Source: Frankiaceae bacterium
GTDB taxonomy: Bacteria; Actinomycetota; Actinomycetes; JAFAQI01
Assembly: GCA_025929315.1 (NCBI GenBank)
Contig: JAICMI010000005.1
Span: 1 to 44,059, forward strand
Length of the DNA: 44,059 nucleotides
Direction: 5' to 3'
Shown here: one piece after another, positions 8,874 to 18,522 of the stretch
Layout of the letters: each line of letters starts with the position of its first letter
Position numbering within the stretch: position 1 is the first letter of the stretch
Notes under the pieces: generated by a model
What the model was told of the DNA's origin: nothing
Seen by the model: the letters and a program-made list of their open reading frames with translations, nothing else
Databases searched by the model: none
Program-made: the position numbers and the translations under genes

Positions 8874-10976
8874 TTACTTGTAGCCGACGTCGCGGGGGAG
8901 GCCGAGGAGCTGTTCGGCGATGACGTTGCGCTGGACTTCGCTCGTGCCGCCGGCGATGGTCAGGCAGCGGCCGCCGAGGAACCCGCTCACCCAGGTCTTG
9001 GCGTCGTCGCCGGTCTGATGCGTGCCGTCGACACCGAGCAGGTCCATGCCGAGCTCGAGGACCCGCTGCTCGTTCTCGGCACCGAGCAGCTTGCGCACCG
9101 CCGCCTCTGCACCAAGAGCGCCGGACAGCGCCCGCGTCGTACTGCGTAGTCCGAGCAGCACGACCGTCTGCGCCTCGGCGAGCACCGCGCCCAGCCGCTC
9201 GTCGACAAGGTCGTCGGGTGGCATCTTGGCGGTACGACGCAACAGGTCATCGAGGCCGCCACCGAACGACGTCCCCTCACTGATCGACAGTCGCTCGTAG
9301 GCGAGGGTCGACCGGGTGACCGTCCAGCCGCCGTGCAGCTCACCGATCAGGTGGTCAGCCGGCACGAAGACGTCGGTGAGGAACACCTCGTTGAACATCG
9401 CGTCGCCGGTCAGCTCGCGCAGTGGCCGTACGTCGACGCCGGGGGCGCGCATGTCGAGGATGAAGTAGGAGATGCCGCGATGCCGCGGCTGGTCGGGATC
9501 GGTTCGCGCGAGCAGGATGCCGAGGCCGGCGTCAGCCGCCATCGACGTCCAGACCTTCTGGCCCGTGACGATGAAGCCGCCATCCGTCGGGCGCGCAGTT
9601 GTCGTCAGCGCCGCGAGGTCGGAGCCCGCACCCGGCTCCGAGAACAGCTGGCACCACTTGAGCTCGCCCAGGAGTGTCGGCTCAACCCACTGCTTGCGCT
9701 GTTGCTCGGTGCCGTGTTCGAGCAACGTCGGCAGTGCCCACGCGCCGACCTCGAGGTGCGGGCGCTCGATGCCGGCGGCCTTGAGCTCTTCGCTGATCAG
9801 CACTTGCTCGAGCGGGCCCGCGGAGCGCCCGGCAGGCGGCGGCAGGTGCGGCATCAGCCAACCGCCAAGACCGAGTTCACGCCGACGCTGTTTCGGTGCC
9901 AGCTTCGCCAACCGCTCCACCGCCGAGCGCACCTCACGACGCATCGGCTCCGCCTCCGGGGGCAAGGCCAGCGAGTAGCGGCGGCGTACGCCGTCCTTGG
10001 CATGGCGCGCAAGACGCGACCGCCACGTCGACGCTCCGCCGAGCAACGCACGCGTCGTCTGTGCGCGTCGTAGATAGAGGTGAGCGTCGTGCTCCCAGGT
10101 GAAGCCGATGCCGCCGAGGATCTGGATGCAACGCTTGGCGTTGTCGAACGCCGCCTGTGGCGCGATCGCGGCCGCAGTCTCAGCCGCCACCAGCGCCTCC
10201 GCCTGGGAGACCCCGGCATCGGCGGCGACGGCGGCATCCCACGCCGCCGCCCGCGCCTGCTCAGCGGTGACGAGCATGTCGGCGCAGCCGTGCTTCACCG
10301 CTTGGAAGTGTCCGATCGGGTAGCCGAACTGCTCGCGGACCAAGGCATGCCCGACCGCGGTCTCCATGCACCAGCCGGCGATGCCGGCCGCTTCCGCCGC
10401 GAACAACAAGGCCCCGACGGCGTCCACCCGCGCGTCGTCGACACCGATGCGACGATCCGACCGCAGCCGCACCGCCTCGACCGACACCGCCGCCACCCGA
10501 CGGGTGAGGTCGAGACTGTCGAGCCGCTCTACCTGTACGTCGTCCTTCGACAGGAGCCACCACTGGCGGGTGTCCTTGATCACGACCGGCGCCAGCAACC
10601 ACTCGGCGCCCTCGGCGGAGATGACCGGACTCAGCTCGCCCCGGACGACGGCGCCAGAGCCGTCCGCGTCGCCGGTCAGCTCACCGGACCGCCAAGCCAC
10701 CGTGCCGGCCTCCGTCCGGCCGAGCAGCACGCTCAGAAAGGCGGACGGCAGGAAGTTGCCGGGCAGCATCGCCCGTCCCGCCTGCTCGACGACGACCGCC
10801 AGCTCCAGCAGCCCGAAGCCCTCGGCGAGCTCGGCGAGCTCGCGCGTGCCCGGACCCTGCGGCTCCTCAGCACCATCCACTGCGGCGCGCACGACCGCCG
10901 GCGGGCAGTGGCTGGTCAGCCAGCGGGCAGCGACGTCGCGGAGCGCTTCGTGCTCGGCGGTCAGACCGATCGACAC
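8874..10976 (-). CDS. Two-domain (fused) acyl-CoA dehydrogenase, FadE34/FadE6-like architecture
   Basis: N-half REQFGYPIGHFQAVKH...GGIGFTWEH; C-half WCQLFSEPGAGSDLA, GQKVWTS, TIAGGTSEVQRN. Confidence 0.92.
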   Translation of the reverse strand: MSIGLTAEHEALRDVAARWLTSHCPPAVVRAAVDGAEEPQGPGTRELAELAEGFGLLELAVVVEQAGRAMLPGNFLPSAFLSVLLGRTEAGTVAWRSGELTGDADGSGAVVRGELSPVISAEGAEWLLAPVVIKDTRQWWLLSKDDVQVERLDSLDLTRRVAAVSVEAVRLRSDRRIGVDDARVDAVGALLFAAEAAGIAGWCMETAVGHALVREQFGYPIGHFQAVKHGCADMLVTAEQARAAAWDAAVAADAGVSQAEALVAAETAAAIAPQAAFDNAKRCIQILGGIGFTWEHDAHLYLRRAQTTRALLGGASTWRSRLARHAKDGVRRRYSLALPPEAEPMRREVRSAVERLAKLAPKQRRRELGLGGWLMPHLPPPAGRSAGPLEQVLISEELKAAGIERPHLEVGAWALPTLLEHGTEQQRKQWVEPTLLGELKWCQLFSEPGAGSDLAALTTTARPTDGGFIVTGQKVWTSMAADAGLGILLARTDPDQPRHRGISYFILDMRAPGVDVRPLRELTGDAMFNEVFLTDVFVPADHLIGELHGGWTVTRSTLAYERLSISEGTSFGGGLDDLLRRTAKMPPDDLVDERLGAVLAEAQTVVLLGLRSTTRALSGALGAEAAVRKLLGAENEQRVLELGMDLLGVDGTHQTGDDAKTWVSGFLGGRCLTIAGGTSEVQRNVIAEQLLGLPRDVGYK

Positions 10977-11044
10977 GCTGTAACCGCCATTCGCGCTACC
11001 GGCATCAGAAGGAGCATCCCTTGCGCCGTGGGCCTATCAGAACA

Positions 11045-12313
11045 ATGATTGAAAGTATGCCCGAGATGCTGGCAGATGTCCCCCCGGTCATCAGCGTCGA
11101 CGACCACGTCGTGGAGCCCCCCGACCTGTTCGTGCGCTGGCTCCCGGCCAAGCACCGCGAGGCCGCGCCGCACATCGAGCAGATGCCGTGGGAGTTCTCA
11201 CCCGTTGGACGGCACTGGCCGTTCCGGCCGGCGGCGGACGGCCCGATCACCGACTTCTGGGCCTACGAAGACCTGCGCGTGGTGATCTGCGGCGCCACGG
11301 CCTGTGCCGGCGTACCCATCCCCGAGCGGTCACGCGACCCGGTCACGTTCGCCCAGATGCGGCCGGGTTACTACTCGGTGCCGGAGCGGCTCGCGGACAT
11401 GGACATCAACAACGTCGAGCGATCGCTGTGCTTCCCGACGTTCCCGCGATTCTGCGGGCAGACGTTCCTCGAGGCGCACGACAAGGACCTCGCAGCCGCA
11501 TGTGTCGTCGCCTACAACGACTGGATGGTCGACGAGTGGTGCGGTCCGAGCGGCGGCCGGCTGATCCCGCTCTGCCTGATCCCGCTCTGGGACCCGCAGG
11601 CAGCCGCTGCAGAGATCAGGCGCAACGCCGCGCGTGGCGTCAGAGCGGTGAGCTTCTCAGAGATGCCGTCCAACCTCGGCTTGCCGAGCATTCACGACGC
11701 AAACCGCTACTGGGACCCGGTCTTCCAGGCGTGCGATGAGACCGGCACGGTCATCTGCATGCACATCGGATCCTCGTCAGGCTTCAACACGACGTCAGCT
11801 GATGCGCCGGCCAGTGTGATGATCGCGCTCACCAACATGAACAGCCAGATGTCGATGGCCGACTGGTTGCTGTCCGGCGTGCTCGCGCGCTTCCCGCAGC
11901 TGAAGATTGCGTTCTCGGAGAGCCAGATCGGCTGGATGCCCTTCATGTTCGAACGGGTCGACAACATCTTCAACAAGGGATCAGGCACGGCGATGCTCGA
12001 CCCGGTCATCACGAAGCCCCCGAGTGATTACGTTCCCGGGCGCGTCTACGGCTGCTTCTTCGAGGACGACTTCGGCCTCAAGGCGCGCGACAGCATCGGC
12101 ATCGATCAGATCACGTTCGAAACCGACTATCCGCACCAGGACACGACCTGGCCGGACACGATGGCCTACGCGCAGCGCGCGATGGCCGGCCTGACCGAAG
12201 AAGAGATCTACAAGATCGCCCGCGGCAACGCCATCACGATGCTCGACCTGCCGGAGAACATCCCCGGGCAGATGAACGTCCCGCTCCCCCAGACGGTTGG
12301 AGCCTCCGCATGA
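11045..12313 (+). CDS. Amidohydrolase family 2 protein
   Basis: ISVDDHVVEPP, CFPT, CMHIGS, FETDYPHQD; start could be 11045 or 11057. Confidence 0.92.
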   Translation: MIESMPEMLADVPPVISVDDHVVEPPDLFVRWLPAKHREAAPHIEQMPWEFSPVGRHWPFRPAADGPITDFWAYEDLRVVICGATACAGVPIPERSRDPVTFAQMRPGYYSVPERLADMDINNVERSLCFPTFPRFCGQTFLEAHDKDLAAACVVAYNDWMVDEWCGPSGGRLIPLCLIPLWDPQAAAAEIRRNAARGVRAVSFSEMPSNLGLPSIHDANRYWDPVFQACDETGTVICMHIGSSSGFNTTSADAPASVMIALTNMNSQMSMADWLLSGVLARFPQLKIAFSESQIGWMPFMFERVDNIFNKGSGTAMLDPVITKPPSDYVPGRVYGCFFEDDFGLKARDSIGIDQITFETDYPHQDTTWPDTMAYAQRAMAGLTEEEIYKIARGNAITMLDLPENIPGQMNVPLPQTVGASA

Positions 12314-13032
12314 ATCCGGTCGCACCCGCGCTGCCCGAGCTCACACCGGCCCAAGAGCTCGCGCTGCTCGCGCGCATGCTGCACCGAGAGGGCTACGACG
12401 ACCATCTCGCCGGTCACATCACCTACAAGCAGCCCGACGGCACCTTCCTGGTCAACCCCTTCGGCCTGACCTGGGACGAGCTCCGCGCGAGCGATGTCAT
12501 GCACATGGATGCCGAGGGCAAGCAGCTCGACGGTCCGTGGACCATCACGCCGGCCATCACCTTGCACGTCGAGCTGCATCGCGCGCGGCATGATGTCGGC
12601 GTCGCCGTGCACAACCACCCGCGTTGGGCGACGATCTACGCCGACCTGCAGCGCTCGCCCGAGGTCTACGACCAGACGAGCGCGCAGTATCCGGGCAAGG
12701 TTGCGGTGTTCGACGACTACTCCGGCTCGGTTGACCAGGTCGAGAACGCCCGCGCCGCTGTCGAGTCGATCGGCGACGCCAACGTCGCGCTCCTCGCCAA
12801 CCACGGCATCCTCGTGATGGCGCCGACACCGGCGATCGCGTTGCTGTGGTCCTCGTCGTTCGAGTGGCGCTGCCGGCAGGCTTGGCACGTCGAGGCGGTC
12901 GGCAAGGGCGTGCCACTGCGGCCCGAGGTGCAGGAGTCCTTCGGGGCCTACTTCGTCGACAGCCCGTTCCCCGGATTGTTCGAGGCGATGGCGAGGCGCG
13001 AGATCCGCGCCGATGCGACGGTCCTCGACTGA
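12310..13032 (+). CDS. Class II aldolase/adducin-family protein
   Basis: GHIT, FLVNPFG, VHNHP, LLANHG metal-binding histidines. Confidence 0.88.
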   Translation: MNPVAPALPELTPAQELALLARMLHREGYDDHLAGHITYKQPDGTFLVNPFGLTWDELRASDVMHMDAEGKQLDGPWTITPAITLHVELHRARHDVGVAVHNHPRWATIYADLQRSPEVYDQTSAQYPGKVAVFDDYSGSVDQVENARAAVESIGDANVALLANHGILVMAPTPAIALLWSSSFEWRCRQAWHVEAVGKGVPLRPEVQESFGAYFVDSPFPGLFEAMARREIRADATVLD

Positions 13033-13038
13033 GCCTTG

Positions 13039-14103
13039 CTAGAGACCCCACCCGGCGAGTGCGTCGGGCGCCCCGGCCGCGGGCGGCAGCTCGGCCGGAG
13101 TGCGCGAGAACCGCGGCGCGACGTTAGGGCGCATGACGCCCTCGTGCTCGGTCATGGCGTCCCTTGCCCGGACGTGCGGATGATGCGGCGCTTCGGACAT
13201 GCGCAGCACTGGCGTGACGCAAGCCGGCCGGTCGGCGAACAGCGCCGCCCATTCGTCGCGCGCCTTGGTGATGAACACCTCCTGCATCCGCTTGCGCAGC
13301 TCACCCCACCGGGACGCGTCGCTGCGGGGCGGGGCGTCCTGGATGCCGAGACCGTCGACAACCTGCTGCCAGAACTGCTCCTCGATCGCACCGACCGCGA
13401 CGTACTCACCGTCGGCGCACTCGTAGGTGTCGTAGTAGGGCGCCCCGCCGTCAAGCAGGTTGCTGCCCCGGTCGTCCGACCAGCCGCCGTTGGCCCGCAT
13501 GCTCCAGAACATCGTCATCAGCGACGCGACGCCGTCGACCATCGCGACATCGACGACCTGCCCCTTGCCACTCGTCGTGCGCTCCAGCAACGCAGCAAGG
13601 ATGCCGGTCAGGCAGAACATCGCGCCGCCGCCGAAATCGGCGACGAGGTTGAGCGGCGGCACCGGCTTGCGGCCCGGCTCACCGATGGCAGCGATCGCAC
13701 CAACGATGCCGGCGTAGTTGATGTCGTGCCCGACCTTGTCGGCGAGCGGGCCGTCCTGGCCCCAGCCGGTCATGCGTGCGTAGACGAGGCGCGGGTTCTT
13801 CGCCAGGCAGTCGTCGGGTCCGATGCCCAACCGCTCGGCGACGCCGGGACGAAAGCCTTCGATGAGGACGTCCGCCCGCTCGACGAGCTGCAGCACCTGC
13901 GCCACGTCGTCGGCGTTCTTGAGGTCGAGCGTCAGCGTCGGACGGCCGTCCGCGAGCAGGTCGGGGTTGCCGACGCGCGAGCCGCCGGGTCGGTCGACGC
14001 GCAACACATCGGCGCCGAGCTGCGACAGGAGCATGCACGTGTACGGCGCCGGCCCGATGCCGGCCAGTTCGAGAACGCGCACACCATCAAGCGGTCCAGG
14101 CAT
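13039..14103 (-). CDS. mcr: Alpha-methylacyl-CoA racemase-like (CoA-transferase family III)
   Basis: ELAGIGP, EGFRPGVAERLG, GHDINY and ADFGGG (His/Asp catalytic pair of AMACR), NLLDGGAPYY. Confidence 0.85.
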   Translation of the reverse strand: MPGPLDGVRVLELAGIGPAPYTCMLLSQLGADVLRVDRPGGSRVGNPDLLADGRPTLTLDLKNADDVAQVLQLVERADVLIEGFRPGVAERLGIGPDDCLAKNPRLVYARMTGWGQDGPLADKVGHDINYAGIVGAIAAIGEPGRKPVPPLNLVADFGGGAMFCLTGILAALLERTTSGKGQVVDVAMVDGVASLMTMFWSMRANGGWSDDRGSNLLDGGAPYYDTYECADGEYVAVGAIEEQFWQQVVDGLGIQDAPPRSDASRWGELRKRMQEVFITKARDEWAALFADRPACVTPVLRMSEAPHHPHVRARDAMTEHEGVMRPNVAPRFSRTPAELPPAAGAPDALAGWGL

Positions 14104-14131
14104 GGCCGCGACATTAGTCGACGGGGGTCCG

Positions 14132-16402
14132 ATGGAACCGGGTGAGTTCCGCGGCACGCGCGGTCGCTACCACCACGAGTCGACGCCGTGGTGGCCCGAG
14201 CCTGTGCGCCCGCCTGCCGGGGCACCCAACATCGTGCTCGTCGTCCTCGACGACGTCGGCTTTGCGCAGCTCGGCTGCTTCGGCTCCGACATCGAGACCC
14301 CGACCATCAACGCGCTGGCGGCCGGCGGCCTGCGCTACACCAACTTCCACACCACTGCGCTGTGCTCCCCCACTCGTGCTGCGCTGCTGACGGGTCGCAA
14401 CCACCACGCCAACGGGATGGGCCGGGTGTCGGAGCTCGCGACCGGCTTTCCGGGCTACGACGGCCGCATCCCACGCGCCAACGCGATGCTTCCCGCTGTG
14501 CTCGTGCCCGCCGGCTATGCCGCTTGGGCCGTCGGCAAGTGGCACCTGACACCCGAAGACGAGACACATCTGGGCGCGTCGCGAGCACGATGGCCGCTCG
14601 GTAGCGGCTTCGAGCGGTTCTACGGATTCTTCGAAGGTGAGACGCACCAGCTCGCCCCGTCCCTGGTGCATGACAACCATCGGGTCAACCCGCCGGCGTC
14701 GTACGACAGCGGCTATCACCTCACCGACGATCTGGTGGACCATTCGATCGAGTTCGTCCGGGACCTCCGCGCCGTCGACCCGGACAAGCCGTTCTTCCTT
14801 TACCTGGCTACCGGCGCGTGCCATTCGCCGCACCAGCCACCACCTCATCACCTCGCGCGCTACCGCGGGAAGTTCGACGAGGGCTGGGACGTCTGGCGGG
14901 AGCGCACCTTCGCGCGGCAGCTGGCCGCGGGGCTGTTGCCGCCTACGACAGAGCTTTCACGGCGACCGGACTGGGTGCCCGCCTGGGCCGATCTCGATGA
15001 CGACGACAAGCGTGTCTACGCGCGTTACATGGAGGCCTTCGCCGGGTTCCTGACGCACACCGACGAGCAGCTCGGGCGCCTGGTCGACTCATTGCGGCAG
15101 AGCGGGGACCTCGACAACACGTTGCTGACGGTGCTGTCCGACAACGGCGCCAGCAGCGAGGGAGGACCGACCGGTTCGCTCAACGACGTTCGCATCTGGA
15201 ACGGCGCCCGCACCACACGTGAGGAGCAGCTCGCGCGGATCGACGAGATCGGCGGACCGTGGTGCCACAACAACTACCCGTGGGGTTGGACGGTCGCCGG
15301 CAACACACCGTTCCGACGGTGGAAGCGGGAGGTGCACGAAGGCGGTGTCGCCGACCCACTCGTGGTGCACTGGCCGGCGGGCATCGCCGGGCGCGACGAG
15401 CTGCGCCATCAGTACGTGCACGCTGTTGACATCGCCCCGACGTTCCTCGACGTCGCCGGCACGCCGATGCCCGAGGTGGTCGACGGCGTCGCGCAGCGGC
15501 CGGTGGACGGCGCGAGCATCGCAGCCACCTTCGCCGACGAGTCGGCGCCCGCGGCGCGCACGACGCAGTACTACGAGATGTTCGGCTGCCGTGCTCTGTA
15601 CGACGACGGCTGGAAGGCCGTCACCTATCACCCGATCCAGTCGGACTCGCCCGGTCTTGATGCCGCCGAGTGGGAGCTCTACGACGTCCGCGTCGACCCG
15701 AGCGAGTGTCACGACCTCGCCGCGTCCGAGCCGGAGCGGCTCGCGGCGATGGTCCGGAAGTGGTGGACCGAGGCCGAACGCAACGAGGTGCTGCCGATCG
15801 ACAACCGGCCGTTCTCCGCGTTCGTCTTCGAACGGCCGACGTCGCTGCCACAGCGCTCCTCCTACACCTACTATCCGGGCGCGCTCGCGATCCCCGAGCC
15901 GGCAGCGGTCAACGTGCGCAACCGGTCGCACCGCATCGCGGCTCACGTCCTCGTCGGCGAGGAGCCGCCCCAAGGTGTCCTGATCGCGCTCGGCAACCGC
16001 CTCGGCGGCTGGACGTTCTTCGTACAGAGCGGGCGTCTGCACTACGCGCACAACTACGTCGGACTGACAGAGACACGTATCTCCGCGGACCTCGACCTGA
16101 CCCCCGGCTGGCACACGCTGGGCTTCGCTTTTACGAAGACGGGCGAGCATCACGGGATCGGGGCATTGCTCGTGGACGGCGCAGAGATCGGTCGCGGCGA
16201 CCTGCCGCACTTCACGCCGGTGCGGTTCTCGCTGCACGGTGCAGGGCTGAGCTGCGGCCGCGATGTGGGACTTCCGGTGTCCAATGCCTACGACGACGAG
16301 TTCCCGTTCACCGCCACGTTGAAGCGCGTCGTCGTCGAGGTCGACGGCCCGGAGATCGTTGACGCGGAGGAAGAAGCAGCCGGTGCGATCGCTCAGCAAT
16401 AG
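14132..16402 (+). CDS. Arylsulfatase (Cys-type, formylglycine-dependent), AtsA/AtsD-like
   Basis: PNIVLVVLDDVG, LCSPTRAALLTGR (CxPxR), GKWHL, SDNG; ORF-track N-terminal extension overlaps the divergent gene and was trimmed. Confidence 0.93.
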   Translation: MEPGEFRGTRGRYHHESTPWWPEPVRPPAGAPNIVLVVLDDVGFAQLGCFGSDIETPTINALAAGGLRYTNFHTTALCSPTRAALLTGRNHHANGMGRVSELATGFPGYDGRIPRANAMLPAVLVPAGYAAWAVGKWHLTPEDETHLGASRARWPLGSGFERFYGFFEGETHQLAPSLVHDNHRVNPPASYDSGYHLTDDLVDHSIEFVRDLRAVDPDKPFFLYLATGACHSPHQPPPHHLARYRGKFDEGWDVWRERTFARQLAAGLLPPTTELSRRPDWVPAWADLDDDDKRVYARYMEAFAGFLTHTDEQLGRLVDSLRQSGDLDNTLLTVLSDNGASSEGGPTGSLNDVRIWNGARTTREEQLARIDEIGGPWCHNNYPWGWTVAGNTPFRRWKREVHEGGVADPLVVHWPAGIAGRDELRHQYVHAVDIAPTFLDVAGTPMPEVVDGVAQRPVDGASIAATFADESAPAARTTQYYEMFGCRALYDDGWKAVTYHPIQSDSPGLDAAEWELYDVRVDPSECHDLAASEPERLAAMVRKWWTEAERNEVLPIDNRPFSAFVFERPTSLPQRSSYTYYPGALAIPEPAAVNVRNRSHRIAAHVLVGEEPPQGVLIALGNRLGGWTFFVQSGRLHYAHNYVGLTETRISADLDLTPGWHTLGFAFTKTGEHHGIGALLVDGAEIGRGDLPHFTPVRFSLHGAGLSCGRDVGLPVSNAYDDEFPFTATLKRVVVEVDGPEIVDAEEEAAGAIAQQ

Positions 16403-16429
16403 GAACCGAGCAACGAGAGAGGACATGCC

Positions 16430-17266
16430 GTGAAGATCGGCGTGACGTTTGCCCGGCTCCGACCAGCGCTGTGGGTCGAGACGGCCGAGCTGTGCGACGC
16501 GCTCGGCTACGAGTCGGTCTGGCTGCCCGAGCATCTTGTGCTGCCGGTGCATCAGTCCGGCAGTCCCTATGCCGGCGTCGACCATCCGCCGGTGCGCGCC
16601 GACGCACCCGTGTTCGACGTGTTCACGATGCTCGCGTTCTTCGCCGCGCGGACCGAGCGCATCAGACTAGGCACCAACGTCTACAACATCGGGTTGCGGC
16701 ACCCGTTCGTCACGGCCCGCGCAGTCGCGACGCTCGACATGCTGTCCGGCGGCCGGGTCGAGCTCGGCGTCGGCGCGAGCTGGCTCGCGGAAGAGTGGGA
16801 CGCGACCGGGCTCGACTTCGCGACCCGCGGCGGCCGGGTGGACGAGGCACTCGACGTTTGCAAACGACTCTGGACCGAGCCGGAGATCGAGCACAAGGGC
16901 GAGCACTTCGCATTCGCCCCCGTCGCGTTCGAGCCGAAGCCGGTCCAGGCCGGCGGCCCACCGATCTCAGTCGGGGGCGACGCGCAGCCGGCGCTGCGTC
17001 GAGCGGCGTTGCGAGGCGACGGCTGGATCCCGATGAACACACCCGTCGGTGGTCTCGCGGCCGCCCGCGCCGAGATCGCGGCGATGCGCTCCGAGGCCGG
17101 CCGCGACGGCGAGTTCACCGTGACCGTCATGGGTGCACTGAGCTCACCCGAAGACGTCGAGGCATACGAGCGCGCCGGCGTCGATCGGCTGGTCGTGTTC
17201 CCGTGGCGCCGATCGGACGAAGCCGCTGACGGCCTGAAGCAGTTCGCCGAAACGTTCCTGCCTTGA
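16430..17266 (+). CDS. Luciferase-like (LLM) probable F420-dependent oxidoreductase, Rv2161c-like
   Basis: GYESVWLPEHL, RLGTNV, TLDMLSGGRVELGVG, PKPVQ, GDGW. Confidence 0.88.
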   Translation: MKIGVTFARLRPALWVETAELCDALGYESVWLPEHLVLPVHQSGSPYAGVDHPPVRADAPVFDVFTMLAFFAARTERIRLGTNVYNIGLRHPFVTARAVATLDMLSGGRVELGVGASWLAEEWDATGLDFATRGGRVDEALDVCKRLWTEPEIEHKGEHFAFAPVAFEPKPVQAGGPPISVGGDAQPALRRAALRGDGWIPMNTPVGGLAAARAEIAAMRSEAGRDGEFTVTVMGALSSPEDVEAYERAGVDRLVVFPWRRSDEAADGLKQFAETFLP

Positions 17267-17286
17267 CCGTGAGAGAGGTGCGCGAC

Positions 17287-18522
17287 ATGGTCGCTGACAT
17301 GGCAACAGTGTCCGGGGTGGAACGTCCACGGGCGCGGCTGCTGCCTGATCCCGAACCCCGCGAGGCGTCGTACCTCGTCATCTCCGTCGACGACCATCTC
17401 ATCGAGCCGCCGGACCTGTTCGAGGGAAGGATGCCGGCACAGCTCGCCGACGAGGCGCCGCAGCTCATCGAGGACGAGAACGGGTCGCAAGCGTGGGAGT
17501 TCGACGGCAACCGCTATCCCAACATCGGACTCAACGCGGTTGTCGGCCGTGCAAAGGAAGACTGGTCGATGGACCCGGCGCGCTTCGACGAGATGCGGCC
17601 GGGTTGCTACGACATCCACGCGCGGGTCAAGGACATGGACATCGCCGGGATCTGGGCCTCGCTCTGCTTCCCGTCGCTCATCGCCGGGTTCGCCGGTGCG
17701 GTGTTCTCGCGGTGTTCCGACCCTGATGTGGGGCTCGCGTGCCTGCGCGCTTGGAACGACTGGCATCACGAAGTGTGGGCCGGCACTTATCCCGAGCGGA
17801 TCATCCCGCTGCAGATCGGCTGGCTGAGCGATCCCAAGGTCGCGGCAGATGAGGTACGACGCAACGCCGAACGCGGCTTCAAAGCGTTGAGCTTCTCGGA
17901 GATGCCGGTGCAGCTCGGGCTGCCGAGTCTGCACACGGGTCACTGGGATCCGTTGTTGCAGGCATGTGCGGAGACAGAGACCGTCGTCTGTCTGCACACG
18001 GGTTCGTCGTCCTGGGCACCCTTGCCGTCGCACGATCCGCCGTTCGAGCTCTATCCGACCATCTTTCCGGTCAACGCCTACCTCGCGGCAGCCGACTGGT
18101 TGTGGTCCGGCGCCTGCCTGCGCTACCCCGACCTGCGTATCGCGCTGTCCGAAGGCGGCATGGGCTGGGTTGCGATGCTCGGCGACCGCGCCGACTACGT
18201 GCTGGCGCACTCCGGTTCCGGCGCGGAGTCCGGGCACTGGCAAGGCGACCTGCTGCCGAGCGAGGTGCTGCGGCGCAACTTCTACTTCTGCTCGATCGAT
18301 GACCCGTCGGCGATGGAGCAACGGCATCGCATCGGCGTCGATCGCATCATGGTCGAGTCGGACTACCCGCACGCCGACTCGACCTGGCCGGACACGCAAG
18401 CCGTGCTCAGCAAGACGCTCACCGGTCTGCCGGACGACGAGGTTCACGCCATGACTCATGGCAACGCTGCCAAGCTGTTTCGCCACCCACTACCGGAGGG
18501 CCACACGTGCTCGACCTCCTGA
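17287..18522 (+). CDS. Amidohydrolase family 2 protein
   Basis: ISVDDHLIEPP, CFPS, CLHTGS, LSEGG, VESDYPHAD; GAGG RBS before ATG 17287. Confidence 0.92.
   Translation: MVADMATVSGVERPRARLLPDPEPREASYLVISVDDHLIEPPDLFEGRMPAQLADEAPQLIEDENGSQAWEFDGNRYPNIGLNAVVGRAKEDWSMDPARFDEMRPGCYDIHARVKDMDIAGIWASLCFPSLIAGFAGAVFSRCSDPDVGLACLRAWNDWHHEVWAGTYPERIIPLQIGWLSDPKVAADEVRRNAERGFKALSFSEMPVQLGLPSLHTGHWDPLLQACAETETVVCLHTGSSSWAPLPSHDPPFELYPTIFPVNAYLAAADWLWSGACLRYPDLRIALSEGGMGWVAMLGDRADYVLAHSGSGAESGHWQGDLLPSEVLRRNFYFCSIDDPSAMEQRHRIGVDRIMVESDYPHADSTWPDTQAVLSKTLTGLPDDEVHAMTHGNAAKLFRHPLPEGHTCSTS

Noticed and set aside
16425-16433. ATG-CCG-TGA minigene overlapping the LLM start
   Set aside because: RBS spacing fits the in-frame GTG at 16430 better; no evidence of a regulatory role
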